Below, piece by piece: positions 36,912 to 49,537 of a stretch of DNA of 64,000 nucleotides. This DNA is from Lama glama (taxonomy: Eukaryota): NCBI GenBank assembly GCA_028534125.1, contig CM052817.1, forward strand, positions 62,560,001 through 62,624,000. Reading direction: 5' to 3'. Below the pieces are notes generated by a model that was not told the origin of the DNA, made no database searches, and saw nothing but the letters and a program-made list of their open reading frames with translations. Both the position numbers and the translations under genes were made by a program. Each line of letters starts with the position of its first letter. The stretch's first letter is position 1.

Positions 36912-39173
36912 AAATTTGAGGGGCCTGTGAGAACCTCAGCTTTGGAAGACCTCAGAGAAGAGGTCTTGAAAGAAGAAATATATCTGGGGTCATTTGTGAA
37001 TAGACTGTAACTAAAATTATGGGTGGGGCTGAGAGCTAGGATTAAATATGGCTAAAGACAAAACTTGCAGAAATTCTAATATACACTGCCTGGGCAGATG
37101 AGAGTGAGTCAGTAGAAGAGACTAAAAAGGAGTGATGAGACATGAAGCATTAATGTGGTCTTAAGGAAGTTGATGAATAGTTTTTTAAGAACGTGTGTGT
37201 AGTTTTGAGTGAAACAGTCAAGCAGGATGTGGCATAAAAAATACCCATTAGATTGAGTGACTCAAAAAATTATTACATCAGTTAGAGCCATTTTGTGCAG
37301 TGATGGTGGAAAAGTCTGTGGGAAAAAATTAGGATTCAGTAAGCAGTATGTGAAGGAGAGGATGCAGTGATGTTGGCAGTAAAACCTCTTCTTTGAAGTT
37401 GGGTGTGATTTTAATTAGAGGGATAAGTATGGATGAGGGAAATTTTTGTCTTTAAGTTTGGAACATTTCAGTATAATTAAATGTGGAATGGAAGAATCCC
37501 ATAGAGATGTGTGTGATGAATATCCAGGATATAAAAGGAATAGTCAATACTGGAAGATTCCTGAGAAGGAGCTAAATGATTTGGTTTAGATCACAGGTGA
37601 GGTATTGACTTAAATTATAAGGCCTACGTACTGGAAAGAAAGACCTGTACATAATCGAGAGTGGTCATTGGCGAAACAGGGTTGTTATCTGGAAATTGGG
37701 TTGATTAAAAAACCATTGTCACTAAATATCTGTCTATTTGGTACCTAATAATTTCTTAGAATTAAACCTCCTCAGTGTATAGATACATACATACACATAA
37801 TGATTAAACCAAAAACAATGCACCTTTGCTAGGGTCAACAGCTAAGGAGAAAAATGTAGAATACTTTCAAAAGAGGAGTTACAGATAATTTGGTAGGGCA
37901 CTACTGTATATACTCCTACTTGCTATGAAATTGTTTCTTATATGAGAGATTGAAGGAGTCATTAACTAGAGATTGTCTTCTATTTTCCCAAGAAACTAGT
38001 CAGCAAAGGCTTTACTAGTGAAAAAAGGTGGCTGACGGTATTCTTTGCCAGTATTACAGTAATCCACATCACAGTAAATGAAACTTCTATTATGAATTGT
38101 CACATACAGGTAAAATGTCTCTTTTTTCCCTAGTGAATTATTTTTGGTTGTTAACATGAGGACAACTATAGTTATACATTGATATGACATACAGTTTGGT
38201 GTAGATTTGTTTAAGTTAACTGTTTAGCATACTACATACAGTTTACTGCATAGACTGGATTTTTTTTAGAGATTTGTTTTCATTTTCAAATATGGGTTCT
38301 GTGTGTGTATTTGGAAATTGCAGAGTAAAGAGAAAGCTTTCCTATACTATTAAAAAGCACCTGCACAGTTTCAAATTGTCTGATAATTGTAATCAGAATG
38401 TTATCTGTAATAACTTTTGTGAAGCAATATCTGATTAAGGCGCGCAGTCCATGTGTGCCTGCTAGTGGTTTCAAAGACAAAATCAACTTCACAGTTTAAA
38501 AGACAAAATGTAATTTATCAGATTTGTATCTTGAAAGCTTTTGTGGATGGAAATGCAGCTCTCTGGAGATAGAAATGATTTTGCCATCTGGAGTAATTTT
38601 CAGAGGAGTTATTAATTTTTGAAGGGCTGGAGTTCTACAAAGATAGGTTCCTTTCCCCAACAATTGGTAAAGCAATAAAATAGACTCAGGGCAGTTTTCA
38701 TTGGGTGGGTATTATGCTAGTAATGAGGATAGAATTACTTTCCCCAAATTGAGAAATAAGTCTGTAGTGAATGCTTGAACCAATTAAGCCAGACAGGAAA
38801 GACCATGTATAATGCCTCATTATGTTGCACATATACCACTTATTCAATTCAGCCTCTTTTAATCCTGTTAGTGAAATATATCCTTCCCATTAGACAATTT
38901 ATTTGTTATATCTAGCCAACATTTTTATTGAAACATGAGTTAAATGCATAGAGAGTGCCTTTTCAGCAAAATTTTAATGTAGTTCTTGCTATGGAAGAAT
39001 GGAAACCATACACTTTACCTGATACTGAGTACAATTAAAGTATACTTAGAATCTAATAGATTTGCTAAAGCATTTAATGATGAATAACATTTTATTCTGC
39101 TGTTACTCAACAAATTGCTTATTCAATCTTGGCTGATATTATTATAGCTATTAATATTATTTTTAATGTTCTT

Positions 39174-39547
39174 ACTGTTGTTTACCAGAGTCCATGTACA
39201 AGGAACCATTTCCCACTGAAACATACTTGTAGAAACTAAAGTTATTGAATATGATAGATTTTCAGGTCCAGTTTCTCAAAACTAAAGAGAACAAACAAGA
39301 TTTCAATTTTACTTAAGTCATTTGGAATGTCAATCCTAAAAAGAAAGAAAGAAAGAAAGAGAGAAAAGGAGAAAGAAAGAGAGAAAGAGAGAGGAAGGAA
39401 GGAAGATGACCCGTCCTATAGTCTTTACTCTAAAAGAGAAGAATTTCCTTTAAAATACTTAAATGTATGAATAGAAAGTCATTTTATTGACTATCATTTA
39501 TTTAAAATCTATTGAAATATTTACTCAAAGAACAATATAAAATGTTC
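39174..39547 (+). repeat. Local direct duplication, copy 1 (contains an (AAAG)n/(AAGG)n expansion at ~39338-39405)
   Basis: Colinear identical blocks shared with 42406-42726. Confidence 0.92.
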
Positions 39548-39850
39548 TTGATCTTAGGGAAAATAATTCAGTCTTTTACCACTAAGTATAATAAGTATAA
39601 TGTTAGCTGTTGGGGTTTTTGGGTGTAATTATTCTTTATCAAGTTGAAGTAGTTCCTTTTATTTCTAACTTGCAGTATTTTTAATCATGAACAGGTTTTG
39701 AATTTGGCATTTTTTTCATCAATTGATATGATCGTACGATTTTTTTTTTAAATTTAACCTGTTGACATGGTGAATTGCATTGTTTGACTTTTTAATGTTG
39801 AACCAGTCTTGCATACCTGGAATCAATCCCACTTGGTCATGGTGGATATG
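39545..39850 (-). mobile_element. L1M ORF2 fragment
   Basis: GATCTTAGGG..TGTTAGCTGT..TGTTGAACCAGTCTTGCATACCTGGAATCAATCCCACTTGGTCATGG. Confidence 0.85.
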
Positions 39851-41526
39851 TATTTCTATGCAAGAAAACACACATACACACACATACATAAGCATGTGTG
39901 CTCACAATTGCTTCTATGCTGCCTTCACCACCATTTACTAATGTAATATTTTTGAGTGTTTTGAGTCTTCTACTTATATAAAAGATTGTATGCTTCAATC
40001 TACCAGTCTTCCAATCTGCTGAACAAAATGAAAAAACATTGGAAATTTTTTTTCTCTGGTGAGGTAATGGTGCTTTTTGAATACTGCATGGCAGCTGTAG
40101 ACATGTTTATGTCTGAATAATACTTTACCACATGCATTTTTGAGGTGGGGCGGTGTGAAAAAAAGGTGAATAAGTAATGCATGATTCCTTCTCTGAAAAA
40201 GTTCATGGTCTGTTGAAGAAATACAAACAGATACCTTAAAATACAAAATGGCAAGTGCATTTGGTAACTGCTTTCAGTTATCATGAAGAACCATTAGTAA
40301 TACTGATGGAGCATTCACTAACTGCATTGCATTACAAGGAACAATACTTTCTATGTAAAGAGATATAGGACAAATAACACACAACTAGATACCAAGTATG
40401 TATGCATTATTTACATACACACGCACATATATATGATATTCATGCATCAGACTCAGAATTGTGTGTAAAGAATCCAACACAGTTAAGCAAAGTTAAACAG
40501 ATTCCTTTGTTGTAAAATTTCTCAGAGTTGCTAATATACTAATTTATACCATGTAACTTTGAAAGGAGGATTTAGTTAAAAGTAGTTCACCTTTTTCTTT
40601 TTTTGTAGAACTATGAGGCTTTTGTTCCATAGACCAGCAGAACCCCAAGGGGCTATGAAAGAAGTTTCAATCCTTTGTCTCCTCAGAAAATGTTCCCAAA
40701 TTCAATATTTTTAATGTATCAGTATTCATTGTAACACACTTTATAAAATTCAGTCCATTTATTAAAAATGTGGAATAGTATTGTGCCTTAATTATGAAAA
40801 TTTTAAAATGTTGAATGTTTATACAAGCTTTTTTCTTTTGAAATTTATTTACAAATTTCTAACTCTAAAGCTTCAAACCCATGAGAGCTCAAGTAATATA
40901 AATTCAGAATATATTAACTATCTTTTAAGGAGAATCAATTTTTCTCTCATAATAAATAATGGTAAGCAAAATAGAAGTTATGAACAGAAGTTATGTACAA
41001 AGTAAATTTTTTAAATTGTGGTTTAAATATTGTTACATTGCATCATTATAATTCTTCCTTTAAGGACTGTCAAAAAGGAAATATTTTAATTACATTAGGA
41101 GCATTCTTCTATGCAACATACCTTAAAGGTAGGACATAAAAAATGTCCCAGATATTTGCATTTTCTTAAAATTTTTGAAGTTTGAAACTAAGTTGGCAAA
41201 TATGTATTTTTCTTCTCTGATCTGGAGTAATTTCTTTAAGTTAATTACCTTTTTATTTTAGAGTCTATGAGCCATTCAGTCTCACCCAATTTATATTTTA
41301 ATTATACTTTTAATTTTAATTATACTTACATGTGAAAATATACCTATGGGAAAAATTACTGAATAGCCCAAATTTTGAATTATTAAACTCAAATATTTCA
41401 AGGCCAACTTTGAAAAGTAAGTATCAGTGAATGGTTTACATATCAGCAGCAAATACTAGGCAATTTACTCTGATAGATCCAGTCACTGCTAAGACTGAAT
41501 CATAAATTGCCAACACTCCCCTAGAC

Positions 41527-41750
41527 TAGAGTTTCTCAAGTGGTGTGGATTTTGCTCCCTAGGAAACAAGTGGCAATATGTGGAAGCATCTTGGGTTATC
41601 ACAACTGGACTGCTAGGGGAGGGGTGCTATTGGCATCCACTAGATTGAGGCCAGGTATGCTGTTAAACATCCTGCAATGTACATGACAGATCCCAGCAAC
41701 AAAGAATACACTGGCTTAAATGTCAGTAATGCCAAGATTGAGAAACTCTG
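41527..41750 (+). mobile_element. MER20 (hAT-Charlie non-autonomous DNA transposon)
   Basis: TIRs TAGAGTTTCTCAA / TTGAGAAACTCTG; 8-bp TSD CCCTAGAC / CCATAGAC; internal GAGGCCAGG.ATGCTG.TAAACATCCT. Confidence 0.93.
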
Positions 41751-41759
41751 CCATAGACA

Positions 41760-42400
41760 ATGCGAGCTGGATATATTGCAGGCTTCTCAATGCACAACTA
41801 GAAGCAAGCTCATTTTCTTCCCAAAATAAACTCTACACTACCTGTTTCTATAATACTCTCATCATCCATTAAGATTTAAAACTATAGAGTCAATCATTAG
41901 ACCTACCTCTTTGTTTCTCTAAATAGAAACCCCTGTGAGATCAGATTCAACCACCAGAACAGCTCTCATACGCATCCTTCATTCTCCCCTTCAGAGAATC
42001 ACTGCATGCCATGGATTATGCAAAACTTTTCTGATAGCTTCTGACCATGCCTGCTAGCTAGTGCTGCTGCTTTTTTTTTTTCCTGCTTCATATTTATGCC
42101 TAGGAAATCTTCCTAAAATACCATGAAGATTATGTCACTCATCTACTTATGACTGTCCAATAGTTAGGCATTGTCTAAATTATAAAACAATGAAACCTCG
42201 ATTTTTAATATCCTCTCCCCTCTCCAGTATTAACTTTGGTCACTTCTTCATTTGTAATATTCACTTCAGACTAAATAGGCTATATAAACCACTGTACTTC
42301 CAATGTAATTTTGCTCCACTTTGATATCTATTCCATTCATAATTTCCATCTAGCAAGATCTACCCACCATTCAAAGGCCATCATCCAATTAACATGGATG
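41760..42400 (+). mobile_element. Degenerate L2
   Basis: CATGGATTATGCAA..GATTATGTCACTC..CCATTCAAAGGCC. Confidence 0.6.
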
Positions 42401-42405
42401 GAATC

Positions 42406-42726
42406 ACTGTTGTTTACCAGTGATTACATAAAAGGACATAGAAATTTCTCTTACCAAAACACAGTAGTAGAAACTAAAGTTATCTAATGATAGATTTTTA
42501 GGTCTAGTTTCTCAAAGCTAAGGAAAATAAGAAAGATTTCAACTCTACCAGAGTCATTTTCAGTATCAACCACCCCCCACAAAAGAACATGACCAATCCT
42601 ATAGTCTTTACTCCAAAAGAGAAAAATCTCTTAAAATACTTAAGATACTCGAATAGGAAGTCATTTTATTGATTTTCATTTTTTAAAAAATTTAATGAAA
42701 TATTCAATCAACAATATGAAATGTTC
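42406..42726 (+). repeat. Local direct duplication, copy 2
   Basis: Colinear identical blocks shared with 39174-39547. Confidence 0.92.
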
Positions 42727-43206
42727 ATCTAGAAAACAAAAAGTAGTATATTCACTGGTAATGGACTTAAAAATTAATGAACATATTACTGCAATATCTA
42801 TAAACATGTATAAACGTTTTTATTCAGGTTTCAGACTGTAACATTTGAAGCTGATGCTAACAGTAATTAATTGCTTTTAGAACACCGACTTTTGTATTCA
42901 TTAGTATCATGTTTTTGCATTTGCAGTTTTCATATTACTTTAGTTGCAGTTTCTATTTATTTCTGTAAACACGTATTTCAAGTAGTAGGTGGAAATTAAG
43001 GCAGCCAGATGGCTCAATGAACTAAGTGAAAGAATGGAAACTCAGAGACACAATTTCCTTGCTCTGTCTCTCTTCCACATAACCTCAAGTATAGAAGAAT
43101 GGTCTTTGTTTTAGGTTCCTGTCAGGTAGCTGTTCTAAGCACAGGGTTTCTCTACGAATCAAGACAGCTATTTAATATTATAGATAAAAATTGTGTTCTA
43201 TCTGTA

Positions 43207-43354
43207 TTTTATTTATTTATTTATTTACTTTTGTTGTGGGGGAAGTAATTAGTTTTACTCATTTATTTATTTTTAGAGGAGCTACTGGGGATTGAACCCA
43301 GGACCTTATGTATGCTAAGCATGTGCTCTATCACTTGAGCTATACCCTCCCCCC
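43207..43354 (-). mobile_element. tRNA-Ala-derived SINE of camelid vic-1 type
   Basis: Reverse complement GGGGAGGGTATAGCTCAAGTGATAGAGCACATGCTTAGCAT..GGTCCTGGGTTCAATCCCCAG (Pol III A and B boxes), then AAATAAATAAAT..CTAATTACTTCCCCC and a (TAAA)n tail. Confidence 0.9.
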
Positions 43355-43689
43355 TATATATTTTAAAGAGAGTAAGCATGAGTCATAGAGCTACAAGTAG
43401 ATGGTCCAGCACCATCACCAACATCCTGTAAACACCTCTATTTGTGCGATTACAAATTTTCCATTCAGTTTGGGGAAAAAAAATATAAACTTGCACAGGT
43501 GCAGAAGCAGTTGGTAGCACCAGGTTGCAAATTAGCAGGCCAAAAAGGGCAGGACCAAGAAAGTATAAACATGGATTTCTCAGGAGCAGTTTCCATCCAG
43601 GAGTAATGAGAACAGACAGAGAAAGAGGCAGTTTCCATGGCAGATTGCATGCAAAGCTACAAAAGGCTATCATTACCCTTGAGATATAC

Positions 43690-43900
43690 AGAATGTCTTT
43701 AAAGTTCAAGGCTAGGACTTTAATCCTACTTCAGTGTACAATTGTATGAAGGACTTTTACATTTTCTGGGCTTCTGTTTCTTCTTCTCCAAAACAGTTAA
43801 AAGAATACATGATTCAGAGGATTGGTGTGAGGTTTCAGTGAGGTAAACACACTTGATGCGGCTGGTATATACATTCACAGAATATCAACTCAGTGGATAT
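43690..43900 (+). mobile_element. MIR SINE
   Basis: TCTGGGCTTCTGTTTCTTCTTCT..AGAGGATTGGTGTGAGGTTTCAGTGAG. Confidence 0.6.
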
Positions 43901-43944
43901 ACTTATGTGCTGGATAGTGTGATTGGTGATGGAACACAGTGTTG

Positions 43945-44297
43945 AATTATCTCCCCTCTTATTCTTTAGTAGAATAATTCCTGGGTTTTAGCTGGGCTTA
44001 TATCCTCCACCAAGAAAGACAGCCTTTATTTGTCTCTTGCTCCTCCTGCTAATGGGAACGTGAACATAATAGCGGGAGCTCAAGTAGCCACGGTGGACCT
44101 TTAAGCGTATTATATGTACTGAGAATCACAAGGCAACAAGACGAAAAGAGGCTCGGTCCCTGCAGCCTTTGTGCAGCCATTGTAGCGGTCGCAGACTAGT
44201 ATTACATGAGAGCATTCTAAAACACAGGAGAGAAATACACTACCATTCTTAAGTATCCTGTGTTTTCTTTCACTGTTGCTAAAGCCCACCTTACCCA
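43945..44297 (+). mobile_element. ERVL LTR (LTR33/LTR16-like), internally deleted
   Basis: TTTTAGCTGGGC..GGAGCTCAAGTAGCCA..GCAACAAGACGAAAAGAGGCTCGGTCCCTG..GAGAGAAATACAC. Confidence 0.7.
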
Positions 44298-45509
44298 ACG
44301 CTGTGAACCAGACAGAAACACTTCCTGTCCTCCTGAAGCACATCTGGTGAAGAAAAAAGGGAACAGAATTATTCATCTGGTCTATTTCTAGAGTCCACAT
44401 TCCTGTATGGGCTGAAGACCTGTATTTGATCCTGTGCTGATGGTTAACAAGACATTTTCCAGGACCCAGTATAAGAAAGACCCTTTGAATCCAAACTTTT
44501 CAGAATAGGAGCTCGGATTCTGAGAGCTTCACAAGCGGTTAGTCTCAGGCACCACAAAACATGACTCTCTGCTGCCTCCCTTGGGTCTCTGAGTCAGTGA
44601 ACTTTTGCCGCTCATCCTACCAAATGCCAAGGCTGTCTACTCACTGTAGTAACAGTACACAGTATTCAAGGACTGGTGGTACCTGAAGCTGGGAAAAGTA
44701 GTTGTGGATCAAACTGTGAAATGCTGTGTATTTTTTAAGTTTAAAGAGTAGGAATAGAAAGAGTAGAAATTAGTATGTTGATAAGTGATACAGTCAGAAC
44801 GTTTTATTAACTGAGCACAGATGCTGTGAAATGGGAAGGCAGTGGAGTTGCAGGAAGCAAAGAAACAGGCGGTTACAGTGTCTCCTCAGTGCCACTCTTG
44901 GTGGGGCTCTTTCCCTTGATATTCTAAGTGTTAACCACCAAAGTCAACTTCTAGAAGAAAACAATTATATGAAAAGTAACAACCCACCTTGCAGATAGTC
45001 ATAATAGTTCATTCCAAGAAGGAAAACACGTAATAAGTGTTGTAATAAGTCCTAGATGGGTTGTTCCTTCGAAACATAAAGAACATACCAAGTAAACACA
45101 AACTGGTAATCTTTCAATATGGAAAGAGAAATGATAAAAGCAGACTACTAGAAACTGAAGAAAGAGAAAGCGATCACTGAACGTCTCTCTCAGAGCTCAT
45201 ATTGAAAGCTTTAAAAGAGACACAAGCTTCGTAGGACATGGGTGAGGTATTTATGTGCTCAAATTTTAAGCAGTCAACTTCGTGATACAGATGATGGACT
45301 CCTAAGCCCAGCCAACAAAGGAATCCATGTCTTCATTTGGAAAAGAACAAATTCTCCAAAGAGTCTTTCTGAACATTGATATTATACTCTGTGGACCTAG
45401 AAAAAGAATGTTATCACTAATACTCTTTTTAAAAATGTCTAAAATGATGATGGAGGTAGGAACCTAGATATTACAAATATAACAGCAACAACAAAGAGCT
45501 ATTGAAAGT

Positions 45510-45922
45510 AAGATTTCCAGAATACTTGCTTCTCAACCTGATTCTGTGCCGCTTTTTCCCTCACTTGACTCTTCTCCATCCAGTCTTCCAATTCCTCAAA
45601 CCTACAAAGCTCTTTCAAAGCTTTGCACAGGCTGTTCACTTTGCCTACAATGGTTCTTCATCTGTTTCTTTCCTCTGTTGCACCATCTCTTCACTGACGC
45701 ATTAACTCAGCTGCTTAGCATTCGCTCATCTCCTCCCCTTTGTTTCTCTATTGTCTTATTTTCCTTTATTGCCCATCTTTGATTTTCTTCCCTCCTCACA
45801 GAACATAATATTCTGTGTGTTGTCCTGTCTCCACTTGATTTTCTACTTCTCTCAGCACTGCATAGTCAGGACCTGCAGAGAGTAGCTTCCTGATGATATT
45901 GGTTGAACAAGTGAGTAAGTAA
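45510..45922 (+). mobile_element. L2 3' end
   Basis: GCTTTGCACAGGCTGTTCACTTTGCCT..GATATTGGTTGAACAAGTGAGTAA. Confidence 0.7.
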
Positions 45923-46176
45923 AACTCACTGCATTTTCTCCTTGCTTAGCTTGCCTGAAAATATATTTTCTAGACTACAAAACCATTGAGTATATAGTCA
46001 TGAAAAGTACTTGTAAGACAAAATATTAATTGTATTGGAAGACTTTGTCGTTATGATAATTCTAAGGTGTATATGCAGCAGTCAGTATCTTTTTTCTTTT
46101 TTGAAGAAATGAATAATACAACAGTTTTTTTCCTAAAATAAAGAAAAAATGTAAAATTTATTTCCAAAAGAAAGTA

Positions 46177-46375
46177 TAGTTTACTCTTGAACAACACATG
46201 TTTGAACTGTGTGGGTCCACCTATATGTAAATATATTTCAATAGTAAATGCTACAGTACCACATGGTCTATGGTTGGAATTTGCAGATGCAAACTGCAGA
46301 TACATATGGAGGGTTGCCCATAAATTAGATTCCAATTACACCCCCCAAACCCCCACACTGTTCAAAGGTCAACTG
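46177..46375 (+). mobile_element. Tigger2-family MITE (TcMar-Tigger)
   Basis: TIRs TAGTTTACTCTTGAACA / TGTTCAAAGGTCAACTG flanked by TA duplication; GTTTGAACTGTGTGGGTCCAC subterminal motif. Confidence 0.9.
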
Positions 46376-47994
46376 TATTCTCTTTAAGGAATGCCTACAA
46401 AGCAGTCTGTTTACAATTTGACTTCTCAATACTGATGAGTGAGATAATATTCTGAGAATAATTTTCTATCAAAGTGAATTTGGTATGTTCACTCTAAAGA
46501 TCAAGCGATTTTTATGCAAGTTAAATAACTATTTCTAGTAATTTAGCTAGTAAAGTCAGATTCAAAGAAAATGTTTGTGGCTGATAAATGTTACTAGAGA
46601 AATTAAAATGAGCATATAACATTCCTAGTTTTTCTTTAATGTTAAAAGTTGGTATAGGTGAAAAATTATTTTAAAACTAAATACATGGTGATCAATATAA
46701 ATAAATAAGTTGGAAATGTATTAAAAAATTTCTTTCTTGGGGAGATCCTCTTATAATTGTATCATCTAAAATTCCACAAAATTCTTTAAATCAGGATAAT
46801 GGAATCATCTAGAGAATTAGATGTTTCAAGAAATTACTACATTTCCAGAAGTGTTTGAGTAATGCCCTTTCATGTTTCTTTCTCTTTAAAGATGGTGATT
46901 CATGCTAACTGCGTGACTGAAAAGAAAGAGGGAAATTTTGTACCACAGGGTCTTTGGAAAGCACTAAGTCCTCCGGCATACTTAACAACATGCTTTGTTT
47001 TGAAGATAATGAGGACATTACAAGCTGTTTGGGTCTTTTGTCTAAAGATTCCCACCAGAGGCTCTTTTCAGCCACTGTGGTTTTCAGTGCCTGATCCCTG
47101 CAGAGCCCGAGTCTGGTTCTGCTGTGGCGTCAGCTGTTACTCAAGCTTGTTGGGGCCCGTGTACCTTTCGTGGGAACATACTCAAGGTTGTGAGAAATCC
47201 ACTCGCTTTAGGTGCTCTCCCCTGGGGGCGTAGTTTTGATCATCTTTTCAGACTGAGATTCTTCCTTTTGCAATTCTGAGCACAGTGACGTATGTTAACT
47301 TGTCTTGCCCTGACCTGAACAGGAGTGAAACAGAACTAATAACTGGCATATGGTAAGGATATGAGACAACATTAAGTGAATAGCATGAGATATAATTACA
47401 CTTTTTAAATTTTCAGAAGGAAAATAATGTTCCATCAGGAAAATTATAAGAGTGTTTTGATTGAGGTGACAAAGTTTAGTCTTAAATAATGTACCATAAT
47501 GGGCAACTGGCTTGAACAAGGAATTCCTTTTTCTTAAACATGTCACTGCCCTGCAATTAGAACAAGATGATATATCAGAGGGAAAACATTTCAGTGACAT
47601 TGCCTTACCTATTGTAAATTTGTCCAGCGGAGTTTATGACTTGATGAGCACAGATAAGAGCCAAGAGAATTTTTTGAAGAACTGCTGAAGAATACAGAAG
47701 AAAATTACCTGAATTCTGAGCCTGAAGTCTGGAAAATAATCAGAAAGAACCATACTATGGCTACAAAAATAGAAATAATTTGGTATAGAATATAGGAATG
47801 GAATGGTCAATTAAATACTATATAGGATTTTCAAAGAAGACAGAGAAAATTAATGAAAAATTATTTTGACGTATGAGTGTATAAAAGCTCAGCTAAAATG
47901 AATGACTGTAAGAATTAACTGAACATCTTCTAGGAGGCTCAAATTATTAAATATACATGGAAGAAGGGATATGGGATTATTTTGACAATATAGC

Positions 47995-48160
47995 TTTAAA
48001 TCTTTCATTAAAAGAAAACTTAATACATAGGAAAAAGTTGAGCAAATAGTATAATAAACTTGCTTGTACCCATCATCTAGGTTCAAACATTATTAATACT
48101 TGGCCAATCTTATTTCATCTACACCACTTCCACCTACTTGTCCCCATATACTTTTTGACT
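47995..48160 (-). mobile_element. Old L1M 3' UTR fragment
   Basis: GAAAAAGTTG..ATAGTATAATAAAC..GTACCCATCA..TTGGCCAATCTT. Confidence 0.7.
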
Positions 48161-49523
48161 TTTTAAAACCAGAACAATATGACTCCAGTGACTATAATTT
48201 CATTTGATTCTTGTCTTCTTCACAAAGGACAAGTTAAATTCACTCAATACTTAAAAGATTTGACATTGGGAAAATTTCAGTATTAAAATAATGTCTTTTA
48301 AATGACTTTAAATGAATAGTAATAAATAAAGGCATAATTATTTTCTTAAAATAACTTAATGGTCTAGCTTCTACTTTGTGAAGTTTGTGAGCTTTTCTAT
48401 TCTAATTTGAAGCTTATATGTTGGATAGCCCTTACTCTTACAAGCTTTCTGAGAAATCCTTAATGGGGTTATTCATGTATATTTTAAGTCTAGAGAAAAG
48501 AAATGACCCAATTTCAAGTCCCAACTTTAAATCTCAAATTGCACAAAAGATTTCTAATATTCCCAGCATTTAGTAAGTTGGACAAAAGATAAAGAGAAAT
48601 TCTACATGCCAGAAAGAGATCTTAATAAAAAAAACATGTTGACTGTTTGATTTAAATAAATTAATAAATCCATTATGCTATTCCAACCTCATTATTCTCG
48701 TGATCTACACAGTGATAGAATATATATTTGCTGAAGACTGTGGATGGGTCAGCAAAAGAAAAAAGAAAAAAAAAACAAAACACATGTTAAGCCATTAGCC
48801 AGTCACTTTGGCTTAGCTTATTAACATGAGAATTGTTTCTGACCAGGAAAAAAAAAATTTGAACCTCATTGTTTATTCAAGATATTACTTGATTGTCTAT
48901 GAGAAGCTCCAGGAATAGCCACAGAAATCATTCTTGGTTCTGTTTGACTTGAGCTAATTTTATACCAGGAATGGATTAATATGGAAGGAGAAGAGAAAAC
49001 ACTGGCCTGAACTTTATAGTGATGCTGGACATGTTTTACTTTCATAGCTGGGTAGATAAAAATCATCTTGCAAAAACACAAATGCTCATTGTGATAGATT
49101 TTTTCAGTAATAGATTAGCATGATTCTATTCAATGACAAGTGAAATTTTGCAATATGTAAACGTTATACTTAACTTGTCATATAGAGCATTATAACCGCC
49201 CTGCTGTTTTACAAGGAACTTTATAAAGAACAATTGCTTATTTTATTGTGAATATTAGAAATTACAATTGCATTAGCTTAAGTGCCTTAAAAATAAAAAC
49301 ACTAATACAGTATATAGTGGTTTCAAAACCAAAGCATCATTTATTTCCTATGGCACTCATAAGAACAGGAGAGACTGCGGAAGGGAAAATCCGCTCATAA
49401 GGTTAGCCAAGGAGAAACTTCACGTGGATTAGGCTTCAGGTACAGGTTGCAAATGGGATTTATACTGAAGAAATGAGAAGCAAAACATGTTTGAAGGCCC
49501 TGGGAAGGTGGTGTTTACCCTTT

Positions 49524-49537
49524 CCTGCAGATGGCAC
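49524..49537 (+). promoter_or_regulatory. Candidate CTCF core motif CCTGCAGATGGCAC
   Basis: Fits the CCWSYAGRKGGCRC consensus; motif match only. Confidence 0.35.

Larger units (their letters stand above)
35230..37620 (-). mobile_element. Long L2, interrupted by two L1 insertions
   Basis: AAGCAGGAGAGAGACAT..GGATTGAATGAGGGCAAGA..AGACTGGTTAGGAGG..GGCATGTTAAGTTTGA and continuation after 36926. Confidence 0.75.

Noticed and set aside
39174..42726. Intact LTR retrotransposon or provirus between the direct repeats
   Set aside because: No PBS, PPT, gag/pol remnants or TSD seen; the spacer contains older L2 and MER20 sequence
43280..43354. tRNA-Ala gene
   Set aside because: The tRNA-like head runs into a SINE-type AT-rich body and tail and has decayed stems, so it is a SINE
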